NCBI GenBank assembly: GCA_965219385.1
Contig: CBDCNM010000002.1
Location: 3,916,305 to 3,980,304 of the forward strand
From: Candidatus Latescibacterota bacterium
GTDB taxonomy: Bacteria > Latescibacterota > UBA2968 > UBA8231
Length of the DNA stretch: 64,000 nucleotides
Direction of reading: 5' to 3'
The translations under genes were made by a program, and so were the position numbers. Below, piece after piece: positions 47,921 through 58,564 of this stretch (position 1 is its first letter; each line of letters opens with the position of its first letter). Below the pieces are notes generated by a model. The model worked only from the letters and a program-made list of their open reading frames with translations, was not told the DNA's origin and ran no database searches.

Positions 47921-49537
47921 ATGTATGAAGAGCTACAGCTCTGTTGGGGTGACATGCACTTGAACTTCCACCATGATCAGATGTCCATGATCGATCGCAC
48001 CTTTGCTGCTGCCCGCTCGCATCTGGACTTCTTTCCAATCGCTTATTACCCATTCAGTTCCTATAAGACGCCGGAGGGTTTCGCTGTAGAGACGGTCGGC
48101 CAGCGCGATATCTTCCTGGAGGACTGGGTAGAGGTGCTGGCCGCTGTCAGACGATACAACGACCCAGGCCGATTCGTCACCTTTGCTGGATACGAGTGGC
48201 ACGGCAAGCGTCGTCATTTTGGCGATCACAATGTGTACTACTTTGACGAGGGAGTACTGTCTGCCGCCGAGACCCTGCCCGAGTTGTATGCACATCTGCG
48301 CACAGCCAAGGGTCTTGCGATTCCTCACCATACCGGGTACCTAATCGGCGAGCGAGGTAAAGACTGGGATTATTACGACAATGGGCTTTCGCCATTCGTC
48401 GAAATCTTCTCCGACCACGGCTCCAGTGAAGGGTTCGACACCCCCTTCCCGCTAAACAGGGTATCCTCCATGGGACCAAGGGTCTCCGGGGGAACGGTGC
48501 GGGATGGATTGTTGCGCGGGTATCGTCTGGGGATCATCGCCTCGGGCGATAACCACAGCGGCTTCCCAGGTGTGTGGGGTAATGGATTGGTGGGCGTCTG
48601 GGCGCCCGAGCTTACCCGCGAAAGCCTGTGGGAAGCTTTTTTGAGCCGGCGGGTGTACGGCGTGACCGGAGACCGCATCCGGCTGGCGTTTGCATTGAAC
48701 GGGCAACCGATGGGCAGCGTGGTCCAATCTCAGGAGCCGGTGATGATCAAGGCGCACATCGTCGGGTGGCATGCCATCGACCGGGTGGAATTACTGCGCA
48801 ATGAGCGGGTGCTGTACACCTATTGCCACTCCGGCACGTGGGATTCCCCCCAGAGTGATGGCGAGATGCGGTTGAAGATCAGGATTGATTTTGGCTGGGG
48901 CCCCAGCTCGTGGTATGGTCTGGTGACGACCGACAAGATCTGGCAAGGACAGCTCCGCCTTGACGGGGGCAGGCTCCTCGCTGTCCAGGGAGGCTTCAGT
49001 TGTCTGGGCCAGAGCGTTGAGAAGGTGTCCGAGCGCGAATGCACCTGGCAACTCACGACAAAACCCCGGCCTGAGGTGGTGGAAAAGACCAGTGAAGTCG
49101 GCTGGGCCGGCGGGGTGGGCTGGCACAACCTGCAATCTCTGATCTTCGAGCTGGAAGCGTCTCCTGCCGATCGGATTCACCTGACGGTGGACAGTGAGAG
49201 CGTCGACTTTTCAGTAGAGGAGGCCCTGCAGGGTTCGCGGGTGTGGGCTCTGATGGAGGGATCTCGCGCCATCATCAAGGAGCAGTTTGGTCTGTCGCCC
49301 GGTGATATCGAGTGTGATGACATGTTCTACCACAACGCCCACAAAGTGAAGATACACGTTGCTATCCCTGAAGCAGGATATACAGTGCCGTTCGAATTCG
49401 TGGATGAATCGGCCCTGAGGGGATGGAACTGGTACCGGCTCAGAATCAGCCAGTTGAACGGCCAGATGGCCTGGTCATCACCGATATGGTTGGATGCACG
49501 CCAGGAGGGAAAAAATATAAAGAACCCTCCCCAATAA
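47921..49537 (+). CDS. PHP-like metallohydrolase (DUF3604/CehA-McbA-like)
   Basis: WGDMH.N.H; FVTFAGYEW; IPHH; VEIFSDHGSSE; ASGDNH; AWSSPIW. Confidence 0.78.
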   Translation: MYEELQLCWGDMHLNFHHDQMSMIDRTFAAARSHLDFFPIAYYPFSSYKTPEGFAVETVGQRDIFLEDWVEVLAAVRRYNDPGRFVTFAGYEWHGKRRHFGDHNVYYFDEGVLSAAETLPELYAHLRTAKGLAIPHHTGYLIGERGKDWDYYDNGLSPFVEIFSDHGSSEGFDTPFPLNRVSSMGPRVSGGTVRDGLLRGYRLGIIASGDNHSGFPGVWGNGLVGVWAPELTRESLWEAFLSRRVYGVTGDRIRLAFALNGQPMGSVVQSQEPVMIKAHIVGWHAIDRVELLRNERVLYTYCHSGTWDSPQSDGEMRLKIRIDFGWGPSSWYGLVTTDKIWQGQLRLDGGRLLAVQGGFSCLGQSVEKVSERECTWQLTTKPRPEVVEKTSEVGWAGGVGWHNLQSLIFELEASPADRIHLTVDSESVDFSVEEALQGSRVWALMEGSRAIIKEQFGLSPGDIECDDMFYHNAHKVKIHVAIPEAGYTVPFEFVDESALRGWNWYRLRISQLNGQMAWSSPIWLDARQEGKNIKNPPQ

Positions 49538-49677
49538 GAATTGGGCCTCCGACTTGCATCCTGACAATTCCCGGTTTATCTTGTTGCTGGTTGATAGTAT
49601 CGAACTTCCTATCAATATAGCGGTAACCCTCATGGAAAATTCTGTTCTCTGTAACAACGAGAGGAAGGAGACTCGCT

Positions 49678-50916
49678 ATGCCAGGACCTGGCGCAATGCT
49701 GATGGGAGAAGAGGAAAAGAGAGAGCTGCTCGATCTGATTGATGGCTGGCATCTGGTTCGTTTTGGCAAAGAAGACGATCCTGCCTTCAAAGAGAAAACC
49801 TTTCAGCTCGAGCAGCTGGTCGCAGAACGCACAGGAGTGAGGTACGCAGTGGCGACCAACTCCGGGACTTCTGCGCTGCTGACGGCGCTAAGTGCCCTGG
49901 GTGTTGGTCCCGGAGACGAGGTGATCGTACCAGGTTATACCTTCGTCGCCAGTATATCTTCGATCATCTACGCGCGAGCCATTCCCGTACTGGCGGAGAT
50001 TGACCGCACCCTCAATCTGGATCCCGAGGATGTGAGGGTTAAGATTACCCCGAGAACCAAGGCGATCGTGGCCGTCCACATGCTGGGCAATTCTCCCATC
50101 ATGGATGAGATCAAGGTCATAGCAGATGAACGCGATCTTCTGCTCGTCGAAGACTGTGCCCAGGCCTTTGGCGCCAGCTACCACGGCAAGCCGGTCGGCA
50201 GCATGGGCGATATGGGCATCTTCAGCTTCAATGTGTTCAAAATGATCAACGCAGGTGAGGGGGGGATGGCCGTCACCGATGACGAGACGCTCTATCGCCG
50301 CGCTTTCGCGTTCCACGATCAGGGACACAGCCCGCTGCGCAAGGACGTGGCAGAGATGAACAATCGGGTACTGGTGGGGTTGAATCTGCGCATGGCCGAG
50401 CTGACCGCCGCAGTGTTGATCGCCCAGGTGCGCAAGACGGATCGAATTTTGGAGCACCTCCGGGCGAACAAGAAGCGGTTCAAAGAGCAGATTGCGGACC
50501 TGCCCGGGATAGGGTTCCGAGAAATCTCCGATCCTGAGGGGGAGTGTGCCACTCTATTGACGGTGATCTTCCCCGACGCCGAGGGGGCACGGCGGATCGC
50601 TGGTGAGCTGGGAAACAGGGTCGTGGCAGAGTCGGGATGGCACGTGTACAACAATATGGAGCAGATCATCGAACGACGTACTGTAACTCCCGAGATGTGT
50701 CCGTTCACCTGTCCCTACTACAAGGGAGAGGAAATGCGGTATCACAAGGGCATGCTGCCCCAGACGGATGATATCTTGGGCCGCGCTATGAACATCAGTA
50801 TTGGTGTGGTAGATCCGGGCCTCGGTGCGGCATTCGGGATCTCGGTGATTGACGGTTTCAACGAAGTGGATGCCAAGGCGGAGGAATTCCGTCGGGTGGT
50901 GAGCAAGTATCTATAG
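49678..50916 (+). CDS. DegT/DnrJ/EryC1/StrS sugar aminotransferase
   Basis: NSGTSAL; GPGDEVIVP; EDCAQAFG; FSFNVFKMINAGEGG. Confidence 0.93.
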   Translation: MPGPGAMLMGEEEKRELLDLIDGWHLVRFGKEDDPAFKEKTFQLEQLVAERTGVRYAVATNSGTSALLTALSALGVGPGDEVIVPGYTFVASISSIIYARAIPVLAEIDRTLNLDPEDVRVKITPRTKAIVAVHMLGNSPIMDEIKVIADERDLLLVEDCAQAFGASYHGKPVGSMGDMGIFSFNVFKMINAGEGGMAVTDDETLYRRAFAFHDQGHSPLRKDVAEMNNRVLVGLNLRMAELTAAVLIAQVRKTDRILEHLRANKKRFKEQIADLPGIGFREISDPEGECATLLTVIFPDAEGARRIAGELGNRVVAESGWHVYNNMEQIIERRTVTPEMCPFTCPYYKGEEMRYHKGMLPQTDDILGRAMNISIGVVDPGLGAAFGISVIDGFNEVDAKAEEFRRVVSKYL

Positions 50917-50952
50917 CCAGGCATTATCTGCATATAATAAGGAAAAACAACT

Positions 50953-51735
50953 GTGTCAACGGCCCAACTCAGCGGAAAGATTATTGTCGTTACTGGTGGT
51001 ACCCAGGGTCTGGGTGAGGCTATCGCCCGCCATCTCGTTGAGCAAGGGGTTGCCGGCATGGTAATCTGTGGACGCAATCGCGCCAACGGCCAGAGGGTTT
51101 CCGGAGCTCTGGAGGCAGCGGGGTGTCCCACCCTGTACGTGTCCGCCGACCTCTCGGAAGAGATGAATTGTCGCGAGGTGATACGGGCATGTGACACCCG
51201 TTTCGGCCGGGTAGATGGACTGGTCAATGTTGCAGCCGATACCACCCGGGGCACTCTGGAGAACAGCTCGGTGGCCCTGTGGGACTATCAGTTTGCCGTG
51301 AACGCACGAGCACCGTTTATCCTGATGCAGGAAGCGGTAGGCATTATGAAACGAGAGGGGACAGCCGGAAGCATCGTCAATATAATCAGCATGTCATGCT
51401 ACGCTGGGGAGCCCTATCTCACTCCGTACTGTGCATCTAAGGGAGCGCTCGCTACTCTGACCAAAAACCTTGCCAATGCTCTTCTACCCGATCGGATCCG
51501 GGTTAACGGCGTGAATATCGGCTGGATGAGTACCTTGGGCGAGCACGTAGTACAGAAGGCTATGGGCCAGCCTGACAACTGGTTGGAGCTGGCCGACGCC
51601 AAATGTCCTTTTGGGCGACTTTTGCGTCCCAGCGACCCGGTCAAACTGGTTGCGCTCTTGCTCAGCGACAATATGGAAATGATGACTGGCTCCTTGATCG
51701 ACTTTGACCAGACCGTAGGCGGGGCCCGGCCCTGA
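50953..51735 (+). CDS. SDR family oxidoreductase
   Basis: TGGTQGLG; YCASK; IRVNGVNIGW. Confidence 0.92.
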   Translation: MSTAQLSGKIIVVTGGTQGLGEAIARHLVEQGVAGMVICGRNRANGQRVSGALEAAGCPTLYVSADLSEEMNCREVIRACDTRFGRVDGLVNVAADTTRGTLENSSVALWDYQFAVNARAPFILMQEAVGIMKREGTAGSIVNIISMSCYAGEPYLTPYCASKGALATLTKNLANALLPDRIRVNGVNIGWMSTLGEHVVQKAMGQPDNWLELADAKCPFGRLLRPSDPVKLVALLLSDNMEMMTGSLIDFDQTVGGARP

Positions 51736-51787
51736 TGTCTGTCGCCCTAGACCGAAAAGCGGTAGCTGGTACCGAAAGGAAATAGCG

Positions 51788-53128
51788 ATGGAAAAAACAG
51801 CCATGAAAGAGGTCGCGGTTTTGCTGGAAGAAATCTATCGCACTGCCAGTCCGCTTTCCCAGGAGCACTTTGAGCGCGCCCGGGCGGTGATGCCGGGAGG
51901 GGTGAAAGGGGTTTACTTTTACCAGCCGCATCCCCTCACCATGGCGCGCGGCGAGGGGTGTTACCTCTACGACGTGGACGGCCGGCGGTTCGTGGACTTC
52001 GCCAACCATCACACCGCGCAGATTCTGGGGCACAATCACCCGGCGGTCGTGGAGGCCGTGCAGGAGCAGCTGGCACGCGGTATTGCCCTGGGCGCCCCGG
52101 TGGGGGTCGAGACCGAACTGGCCGAGGAGATGTGCCGCCGGGTGGCCTCGCTGGAGCGGATACGTTTCTGCAACTCGGGCACCGAGGCCACTTTGCATGC
52201 CATACGGCTGGCGCGCGGCTTCAGTGGTCGCCCCAAAATCGCCAAGTTCGAGGGCGGATATCACGGCAGCCACGATGTCGTCGAAATCAGCGTTGCGCCG
52301 TCCCTGGATAAAGTGGGCCCCGAAACAGCGCCCCATTCAGTACCCACGGCCGGGGGTATTTCTCCGCACGCGGCCGAGGAAGTCATTGTCCTTCCCTACG
52401 ACGATGAAGCCTCAATCGAACGGCTTTTAAGCCAGCATCGCGATGAACTGGCCTGCGTCATTTGCGATCCCAAAATCGGTACCATGGCGCAGAGCGAGGA
52501 GTTCGTCCGGTTCATCCGCGAAGTTACCCGGAAAAACGATGTGCTGCTCATCCTGGATGAAGTGGTCAGCTTCCGGCTGGGGAGGGGTGGGGCGCAGGAG
52601 CTCGGTGGGATCGCGCCCGATCTGACCACCTATGGCAAGATAATCGGCGGCGGTTTCCCGGCCGGCGCGTTTGGCGGACGGGCGGACATCATGGATTTGC
52701 TGGACAATACCCGGGCCCCCACGGGCTTTTTCCAGAGCGGCACATTCACTGCGCATCCCGTCACCATGGCAGCAGGATTGGCGACCCTGAGACAGCTGAC
52801 ACCCGAGGCGTTCGCGCACCTGAACGGATTGGGTGAGCGGCTACGCACCGGGCTGAATGATCTGTTCGTCCTCAACCATATAAAGGCGCAGGTGGTCGGT
52901 GCTGGCTCTCTGTTCGGCATTTACTTTACCGACGAAGAGATCGCCAGCTATCGCAGCGTGGCCCGCGCCGACAAGGAGATGGCGAGCCGGGTCTTCCTGG
53001 CGCTGTTGGAGCAGGGGTATTACCTGAGTCACTGGATGTCGTTTAACGCATTATCGCTGCCGATGGATGCCAGCCATGTAGATGGATTGATAGGGGCTGT
53101 GGAACAAGCTGTTGAGCGGGCGAAATAG
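51788..53128 (+). CDS. Class III aminotransferase (glutamate-1-semialdehyde aminomutase-like)
   Basis: RFCNSGTEA; KFEGGYHG; LILDEV.SFR; DLTTYGKIIGGGFP; SGTF. Confidence 0.9.
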   Translation: MEKTAMKEVAVLLEEIYRTASPLSQEHFERARAVMPGGVKGVYFYQPHPLTMARGEGCYLYDVDGRRFVDFANHHTAQILGHNHPAVVEAVQEQLARGIALGAPVGVETELAEEMCRRVASLERIRFCNSGTEATLHAIRLARGFSGRPKIAKFEGGYHGSHDVVEISVAPSLDKVGPETAPHSVPTAGGISPHAAEEVIVLPYDDEASIERLLSQHRDELACVICDPKIGTMAQSEEFVRFIREVTRKNDVLLILDEVVSFRLGRGGAQELGGIAPDLTTYGKIIGGGFPAGAFGGRADIMDLLDNTRAPTGFFQSGTFTAHPVTMAAGLATLRQLTPEAFAHLNGLGERLRTGLNDLFVLNHIKAQVVGAGSLFGIYFTDEEIASYRSVARADKEMASRVFLALLEQGYYLSHWMSFNALSLPMDASHVDGLIGAVEQAVERAK

Positions 53129-53191
53129 GCTCGGCGCACGTGTGCGAGTGAAAGTGCTGGTCGCGCCCAATCGCACTGGCGGGATAGGAGG

Positions 53192-53962
53192 ATGACCCCC
53201 ATGCGCTACATTGACACCCACGCCCACCTCGGGCCGTGGAACGAAGCCAATACCACCTTTGCTCCCGACGAGTTCGTCACCCTGCAGGAGCGCGCCGGCA
53301 TTGAGCAAACCGTAGTAACATCAACGGCGGCGCTGTTCGGCGAACTGGTCTATGGCAACGAGTGGACCATCCAGCAGGCCGAGAAATTCGATCACCTGCT
53401 GGTCTGGCTGGTGCTCAATCCCTTGCGCGCAAGCGATTCGTACGAACTGCTGGAACGTTTCAAGGAGCATCCCAAGGTCGTCGGCGTTAAAATTCATCCT
53501 GTGATGCACGGGTATCCGGCCGACATAAAAGCGACGTTTCACCTGCTGGAGCGGGTCGAGCCGCTCGGGTTCCCGGTGCTCTCGCACGGCGAAATCGAAA
53601 CCAATGCCTCCCCGGCCCGCTTGCGCCGGCTCGCCGAGGCATTTCCCTCTCTTTCCATCATCACCGCTCACTTTGGAGCGGGTCGGTTCGGGCAGACCCA
53701 CGAAGCCATCGATGCCATTCAAGATTGTGCCAGCGGCAATCTCTATACCGACATGGGCACGCAACGCGCCCTGCGCACCGGCATCATCGCGCAGATGGTA
53801 CGCGCCATCGGAGCGGACAAAATCCTCTTCGGAACCGACTCGCCCCTGTACGAACCCATGGCGTTTCCCACCCTGCTGGCAGCCGCCGACATCGCCGAGG
53901 GAGAGCGGGAGCAAATCGCCTACAAGAACGCCGAGCGGCTGGTGCTGGCGCCGCGCGGGTAG
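53192..53962 (+). CDS. Amidohydrolase (Amidohydro_2) family protein
   Basis: IDTHAH; GVKIHP; IITAHFG; ILFGTDSP. Confidence 0.9.
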   Translation: MTPMRYIDTHAHLGPWNEANTTFAPDEFVTLQERAGIEQTVVTSTAALFGELVYGNEWTIQQAEKFDHLLVWLVLNPLRASDSYELLERFKEHPKVVGVKIHPVMHGYPADIKATFHLLERVEPLGFPVLSHGEIETNASPARLRRLAEAFPSLSIITAHFGAGRFGQTHEAIDAIQDCASGNLYTDMGTQRALRTGIIAQMVRAIGADKILFGTDSPLYEPMAFPTLLAAADIAEGEREQIAYKNAERLVLAPRG

Positions 53963-53991
53963 AGTCAAATCCAACCAGGAGGAGTTAAATT

Positions 53992-54975
53992 ATGGCCCCT
54001 GTTCGCTTCGGGATTATCCGCTGTGATCTGCACGCGATTTACTACGCCAACCTGATGCAGGAGCACGATCTGCTGGTCTTGCGGGAGCCGCAGTACGGCA
54101 AGGGGGGCTACTTTTATTTTTATACGGATTACAACGATCCAACCCACATGACCATTCCCATGGTCCCTGGCTTCGAGCTGGTCAAGGTGTGGAGCCCCGA
54201 CCGCCAGGATGCCGAGAACATGACCAAACTCTACACCAGCCGGCCACAGGTGTGCGACACCTTTGAAGAAGTCTCCGATGACGTGGACTTGGTGTTGATC
54301 GCCAACTGCAACGAGGAGGGCACCGACCATCTGGAATTTGCGACCCCAGGCCTTGAAAAAGGGGTGCCGACCTTTGTCGACAAACCCTTCGCCTACGATG
54401 TTGCAGACGCCCGGCGACTGGTGGAGCTCGCTCAGCAACACAATGCGCCGGTCATGTCGCTGTCGATCCTGCGCGAGGTGCCTCACGCGGTGCGCTTTCG
54501 GGACCGCTTTGCCGAGCTGGGCGGGCCGGACTTCGCCATAATCAAGGGCGGGCTGTACACCATGAACGGCTTGATCCACGCGATCAGCTTTTCACAGCAT
54601 CTGTTCGGTCTTGGTGTGGACTCAGTGGAGTCGATGGGCGGCAACGGCAAGCCGTTTGTCGTGCATCTCGACTTCGGTGGCAAGGCAGACAGGCCGGATA
54701 GTGGGGTGGTGCTGAACTGTGACGTCGGACCGACCTACCACTGTGCGATGTACGCCAGCACCTACAGCGCCGAGGGAGCGATCCACACCGGCCATATCGG
54801 CGATTTCGAGTTCCCGTGGGGGGTGGTCGAGATCGTCCAGAAGATCATGAAAATGGTCCAGGCCCGTCAGCCCCAGGCTCCCTACGAGGAAATGGTCGAA
54901 AATATCGCCGTGGCCACCGCCGCTCGCAGGTCCCTGGCCGAGCGCCGCCGCGTCTACCTTGAGGAGGTTTGTTGA
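53992..54975 (+). CDS. Gfo/Idh/MocA-like oxidoreductase
   Basis: DVDLVLI...HLEFATPGLEKGVPTFVDKPFA. Confidence 0.8.
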   Translation: MAPVRFGIIRCDLHAIYYANLMQEHDLLVLREPQYGKGGYFYFYTDYNDPTHMTIPMVPGFELVKVWSPDRQDAENMTKLYTSRPQVCDTFEEVSDDVDLVLIANCNEEGTDHLEFATPGLEKGVPTFVDKPFAYDVADARRLVELAQQHNAPVMSLSILREVPHAVRFRDRFAELGGPDFAIIKGGLYTMNGLIHAISFSQHLFGLGVDSVESMGGNGKPFVVHLDFGGKADRPDSGVVLNCDVGPTYHCAMYASTYSAEGAIHTGHIGDFEFPWGVVEIVQKIMKMVQARQPQAPYEEMVENIAVATAARRSLAERRRVYLEEVC

Positions 54976-55153
54976 GAAGCTCACCTGAATCCGGATTTTC
55001 TGGACTTCGAGCAGGTATCCCTCGATCAACCGGGGGAACACCGCGGGCGCCTGTGGGAAATGTCTTGTAAATGCGGTGATCTTGATATATTTTTCTGATA
55101 CAGTATTCCCTTTTGTTTGACCGCAGGCTCAAGTGTGCAAGGAGGGGCGCCTT

Positions 55154-56221
55154 ATGAAGTTCGGACAATTTTACCTACTCGAGACTCCGCCGTGGAAAGA
55201 CCATGTCGAAACCTACCACGAGGCTTTCGCGCAATTCCGGCTCTTGGACGAAACCGGCTGGGATACCCTCTGGCTTGCCGAGCACCATTTTGATCACCGC
55301 GTTGCCGATGCCAATTACTACTCCATCACCTCCTCCATCCACACCGTGGCGGCCTACGCAGCGGCCATTACCGAGCGGATCAAGATCGGCACAGCCGTGG
55401 TGGTGCTGCCTTTCCACGACCCGGTGATCGTCGCCGAGGATTTTGCCACCGTCGATATCATGTCGAAAGGCCGGCTGCTCTTTGGTATAGGCCGGGGATA
55501 TCAGTTCGAGGAGTTTTACAACTGGGGGATCGACCCGGAAGAAAGCCGCGAGCGCTTCAGAGAGTCGCTGGAGATCATCTTGCAGGCCTGGTCCGGACCC
55601 TTTGAGTACCAGGGCAAGTTCCACAAGGTCCGCAAGGTCAACGTCATCCCCAAGCCGGTGCAGGAGCCGCATCCTCCCATCTACGTGGCAGCGGTCAGCC
55701 CATCCACCTATGAATGGGTGATTCAAAACGGCTACGACGTGCTCACCTCCTTTCTGGATCCCTATGAACAGGTATTCGAGCTGTACAAGGCCTACCACAA
55801 GACGGCCGCAGAGGCCGGGCTCGACGGGCAATTGGATCTCCCGCTGGCGCGATTCCTCTACGTATCCGAGACGACCGGGAAGGCCAGAGAAGAAGCTCGC
55901 GCGAGTTTGATGTGGTATTTTCAGACCCTGCTGGCGGAAGTGATCGCCCCGCCGCCGGAGATCGCCCCGCCGGATCCGGACGACATCTATCAGAACCTGA
56001 AGCGCAGATTTGCATCCATATCATTCGAGGAGATCCTGGAAAACCACGCCATTGTCGGCGATCCCGATTACGTGACCGATCAACTCAAGTGGATCCAGGA
56101 GAATACAGGGTCGAAGCACTTTATGGGCTGGACTCGGATCGGAGGCCTGGACCACGAGCTGGTGTGCAAATCACTGAAGATGTTCGCGCAACACGTCATG
56201 CCCGAATTCAAGGAAGACTGA
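55154..56221 (+). CDS. LLM-class (luciferase-like) flavin-dependent oxidoreductase
   Basis: MKFG; WLAEHHF; IKIGTAVVVLP.HDP; GRL.FGIGRGY; PKPVQ.PHPP. Confidence 0.93.
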   Translation: MKFGQFYLLETPPWKDHVETYHEAFAQFRLLDETGWDTLWLAEHHFDHRVADANYYSITSSIHTVAAYAAAITERIKIGTAVVVLPFHDPVIVAEDFATVDIMSKGRLLFGIGRGYQFEEFYNWGIDPEESRERFRESLEIILQAWSGPFEYQGKFHKVRKVNVIPKPVQEPHPPIYVAAVSPSTYEWVIQNGYDVLTSFLDPYEQVFELYKAYHKTAAEAGLDGQLDLPLARFLYVSETTGKAREEARASLMWYFQTLLAEVIAPPPEIAPPDPDDIYQNLKRRFASISFEEILENHAIVGDPDYVTDQLKWIQENTGSKHFMGWTRIGGLDHELVCKSLKMFAQHVMPEFKED

Positions 56222-56246
56222 GCGCTATACGGAAAGCCTCTATAAG

Positions 56247-56591
56247 TTATTCGGGTTGATCCCGCCAGGCCGGTTGGGTGAAGTGCAACAGGTAGGCGTG
56301 TTCCGGCACGATGATCGTGGTCTGGGTGCCCTTCTCGATGTAACCCAGGTCGCCGACCTCGAATGCGACCGGGTCCTGGCCGACGGCGTGGACCTCGAGG
56401 GCGCCTTCCAGCATGAAAAAGACTTCGTCATAGGTGAAGGTCCACTCCAGTCTGCTGGGTTCGATGTACTCGGTAAAACCGGCCGCCAAATTGTTCTCCT
56501 TCCCGATGATGGGATCGGATACCTGCACGGTTGCCCCAGGGGCGTCCAGCAGTTGCAAGCCCCTCTGGTGCGTCTTAACTATTTGGACCAT
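56247..56591 (-). CDS. EutQ-like cupin
   Basis: AAGF; WTFTYDEVFFMLEG; GDLGYIEKG. Confidence 0.8.
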   Translation of the reverse strand: MVQIVKTHQRGLQLLDAPGATVQVSDPIIGKENNLAAGFTEYIEPSRLEWTFTYDEVFFMLEGALEVHAVGQDPVAFEVGDLGYIEKGTQTTIIVPEHAYLLHFTQPAWRDQPE

Positions 56592-56945
56592 GGTGTACCT
56601 CCTCTGGGAAACCAGAACCAGAAAACCCTCACGCATGATCGGGCAACAAGCCCGGGGGCGCGTGGCCCCTTTGCGCGCAACAGCGCTCGGGGAGTATGAT
56701 ACTACTTCCCGATGTCGTTTGCAACTATTTTCCGCAGCTACTTGTTTTTTCAGGAGGGCAATGTCTCTGTAACAATACTGGGGACACTTTTTATAAGTGA
56801 TTGATTTTCAATAAGTTATGCAATATGGCGCTCAAATTCATAACTTGTTGTTTCTACGTCACTTATGAATTTGAGATCGCTCAAATTGGCCGTTTTGCTC
56901 AAAAAGTGTCCGAACCATTGTGTAAGAAGATGGAGGAAAGTTGAA

Positions 56946-57896
56946 ATGAAGCTAATGGATTATCTGATGTGGGAGGACGTGAGTCCGGACAGATTGAATT
57001 TCTACAGGGCCATCGGGGTGGAGTCCCTTATGGTTCACCTGCCGGAGGAAATGGGCGACGGCGAGGATCACACCGAAGACCTTAAACGGATGAAGAGGTT
57101 CGTGGAGGATCACGGGCTGGAGCTCTTCGTCTACCATGCGCATCGCATACCCCGGGACAAAATCATCCACGGGCAGCCGGGAAGGGACGAACAAATTGAG
57201 ACCTGGTGCAAGATGCTGCGTGCCATCGGCGCGGCAGGGGTTCCGACGACGACGACGACATTCTATGCCATCAGCCATTTCCGCACCTCGACCACGTACG
57301 GTCGAGGTGGGATCAGCTACAGTTCATTCGAATATGAAGAGTTGATGAAGGATCCGCCCCACTTTCTGGATAAGGAGATTACCGAGGAACGGCTGTGGGA
57401 GAATATCGACTACTTTCTGCAACGCGTGGTCCCGGTGGCCGAGGAGGCCGGGGTGCGGATTGCACTGCATCCGGACGACCCGCCCATTCCGGAGCCGCTG
57501 GGGGGGGCGGCCCGGATCATGGTGAGCATAGAAAACTTCCAGCGGGTTTTCGACCTGGTTGCCAGTGATGCCTACGGGATGCTGTTTTGCCAGGGCTGTG
57601 TGGCCGAGATGGGGGAGGATATCGTCAAGGCGATCCACGCGATTGGCGAGCGCAACAAGATCGTATTCGTGCACTTCCGCAACATTCGCGGCAATCCCTA
57701 CAAGTTCCAGGAGGTCTTTCTCGACGAGGGGGATATGGACATGGTGCGCGCCATGGAGGCCTACCGGGATGTCGGTTTCAGCGGGCCCATCATGATGGAC
57801 CACACTCCCGGAATCCCGACCGATTCACAGGGAATGGCCAGTCGCGCCTATTCCAACGGGTATATCAAGGCCTTGATTCAGGCGGTTTATCGGTGA
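56946..57896 (+). CDS. Mannonate dehydratase (UxuA)-like protein
   Basis: G.PGRDEQIE; LWEN..YFL..VVPVAEEAGVRIALHPDDPP; FCQG; FVHFRN; DHTP. Confidence 0.88.
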   Translation: MKLMDYLMWEDVSPDRLNFYRAIGVESLMVHLPEEMGDGEDHTEDLKRMKRFVEDHGLELFVYHAHRIPRDKIIHGQPGRDEQIETWCKMLRAIGAAGVPTTTTTFYAISHFRTSTTYGRGGISYSSFEYEELMKDPPHFLDKEITEERLWENIDYFLQRVVPVAEEAGVRIALHPDDPPIPEPLGGAARIMVSIENFQRVFDLVASDAYGMLFCQGCVAEMGEDIVKAIHAIGERNKIVFVHFRNIRGNPYKFQEVFLDEGDMDMVRAMEAYRDVGFSGPIMMDHTPGIPTDSQGMASRAYSNGYIKALIQAVYR

Positions 57897-58008
57897 AGGT
57901 CCGCAGGGCGCGGACCAGGCGCTCTGGTCTATTCAACGACCGCCTGGTCCTGGGGCTCGGAGCATGGGGACGTTTTCGTTGCGGGTCCGCAATTCCAAAC
58001 CTGCGCGA

Positions 58009-58347
58009 TTACGGTCTCCCCCCATAGATCCGATTGGCTATGATCTTCCCGTCGCAAAGCTGGCAGATGTGCACCTCCACGCCTTCCAGATCCTTACCAA
58101 CCCGCCATTCGACCACCACCATATCGCCCTGGGCAACGACGTTCATGATCTCTCCTCGCAGTCCGGGTACCTCCTTGTAAAGGCAGCCCTGCCAGAGTTC
58201 CACGATCGCGTCGGGGCCGTGCACGGGTTCTGGCGTGCCCCTGATAACGGCGTCCTCGGCATAGAGATCTCGCAAACGGTCCCAGTCTTCGCGCAGTGGC
58301 GCCTCGATGGCCTCACGGGCCACTTGCGCGTTCTGTTCAAGAGACAT
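58009..58347 (-). CDS. NTF2/SnoaL-like protein
   Basis: LRDLYAEDA; HGPDAI; VAQGDMVVVEW; DGKI. Confidence 0.8.
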   Translation of the reverse strand: MSLEQNAQVAREAIEAPLREDWDRLRDLYAEDAVIRGTPEPVHGPDAIVELWQGCLYKEVPGLRGEIMNVVAQGDMVVVEWRVGKDLEGVEVHICQLCDGKIIANRIYGGRP

Positions 58348-58564
58348 ATGCGTTTCCTTTCGTTGCTCGGCCCTCCCTAAAACCCGTTGGCTTAGGATAG
58401 AACCGGCGCTCAAAGGGGCGATCGCGGTGGTTCGAATCTGATGCGACCATTGCGACCACCCGGGAGATGGACAAAGCTACCAACCCATTCTGATTGGCTT
58501 GAGAATTTAAACAAAGTCACATGGTTCCACCAGATCGCGACATTGTAGGATGCCAGAATGCAGC

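Noticed and set aside
51788..53128. Naming this gene hemL
   Set aside because: Family motifs are present, but the context is not heme synthesis and such paralogs are common.
56887..56900. Sigma54 promoter TTGGCCGTTTTGC
   Set aside because: GG-to-GC spacing is 7 rather than the required 10.
57909..57950. GGACCAGGCG/CGCCTGGTCC inverted repeat as an ncRNA
   Set aside because: It lies between convergent genes and is adequately explained as a terminator-like stem; there is no further support.
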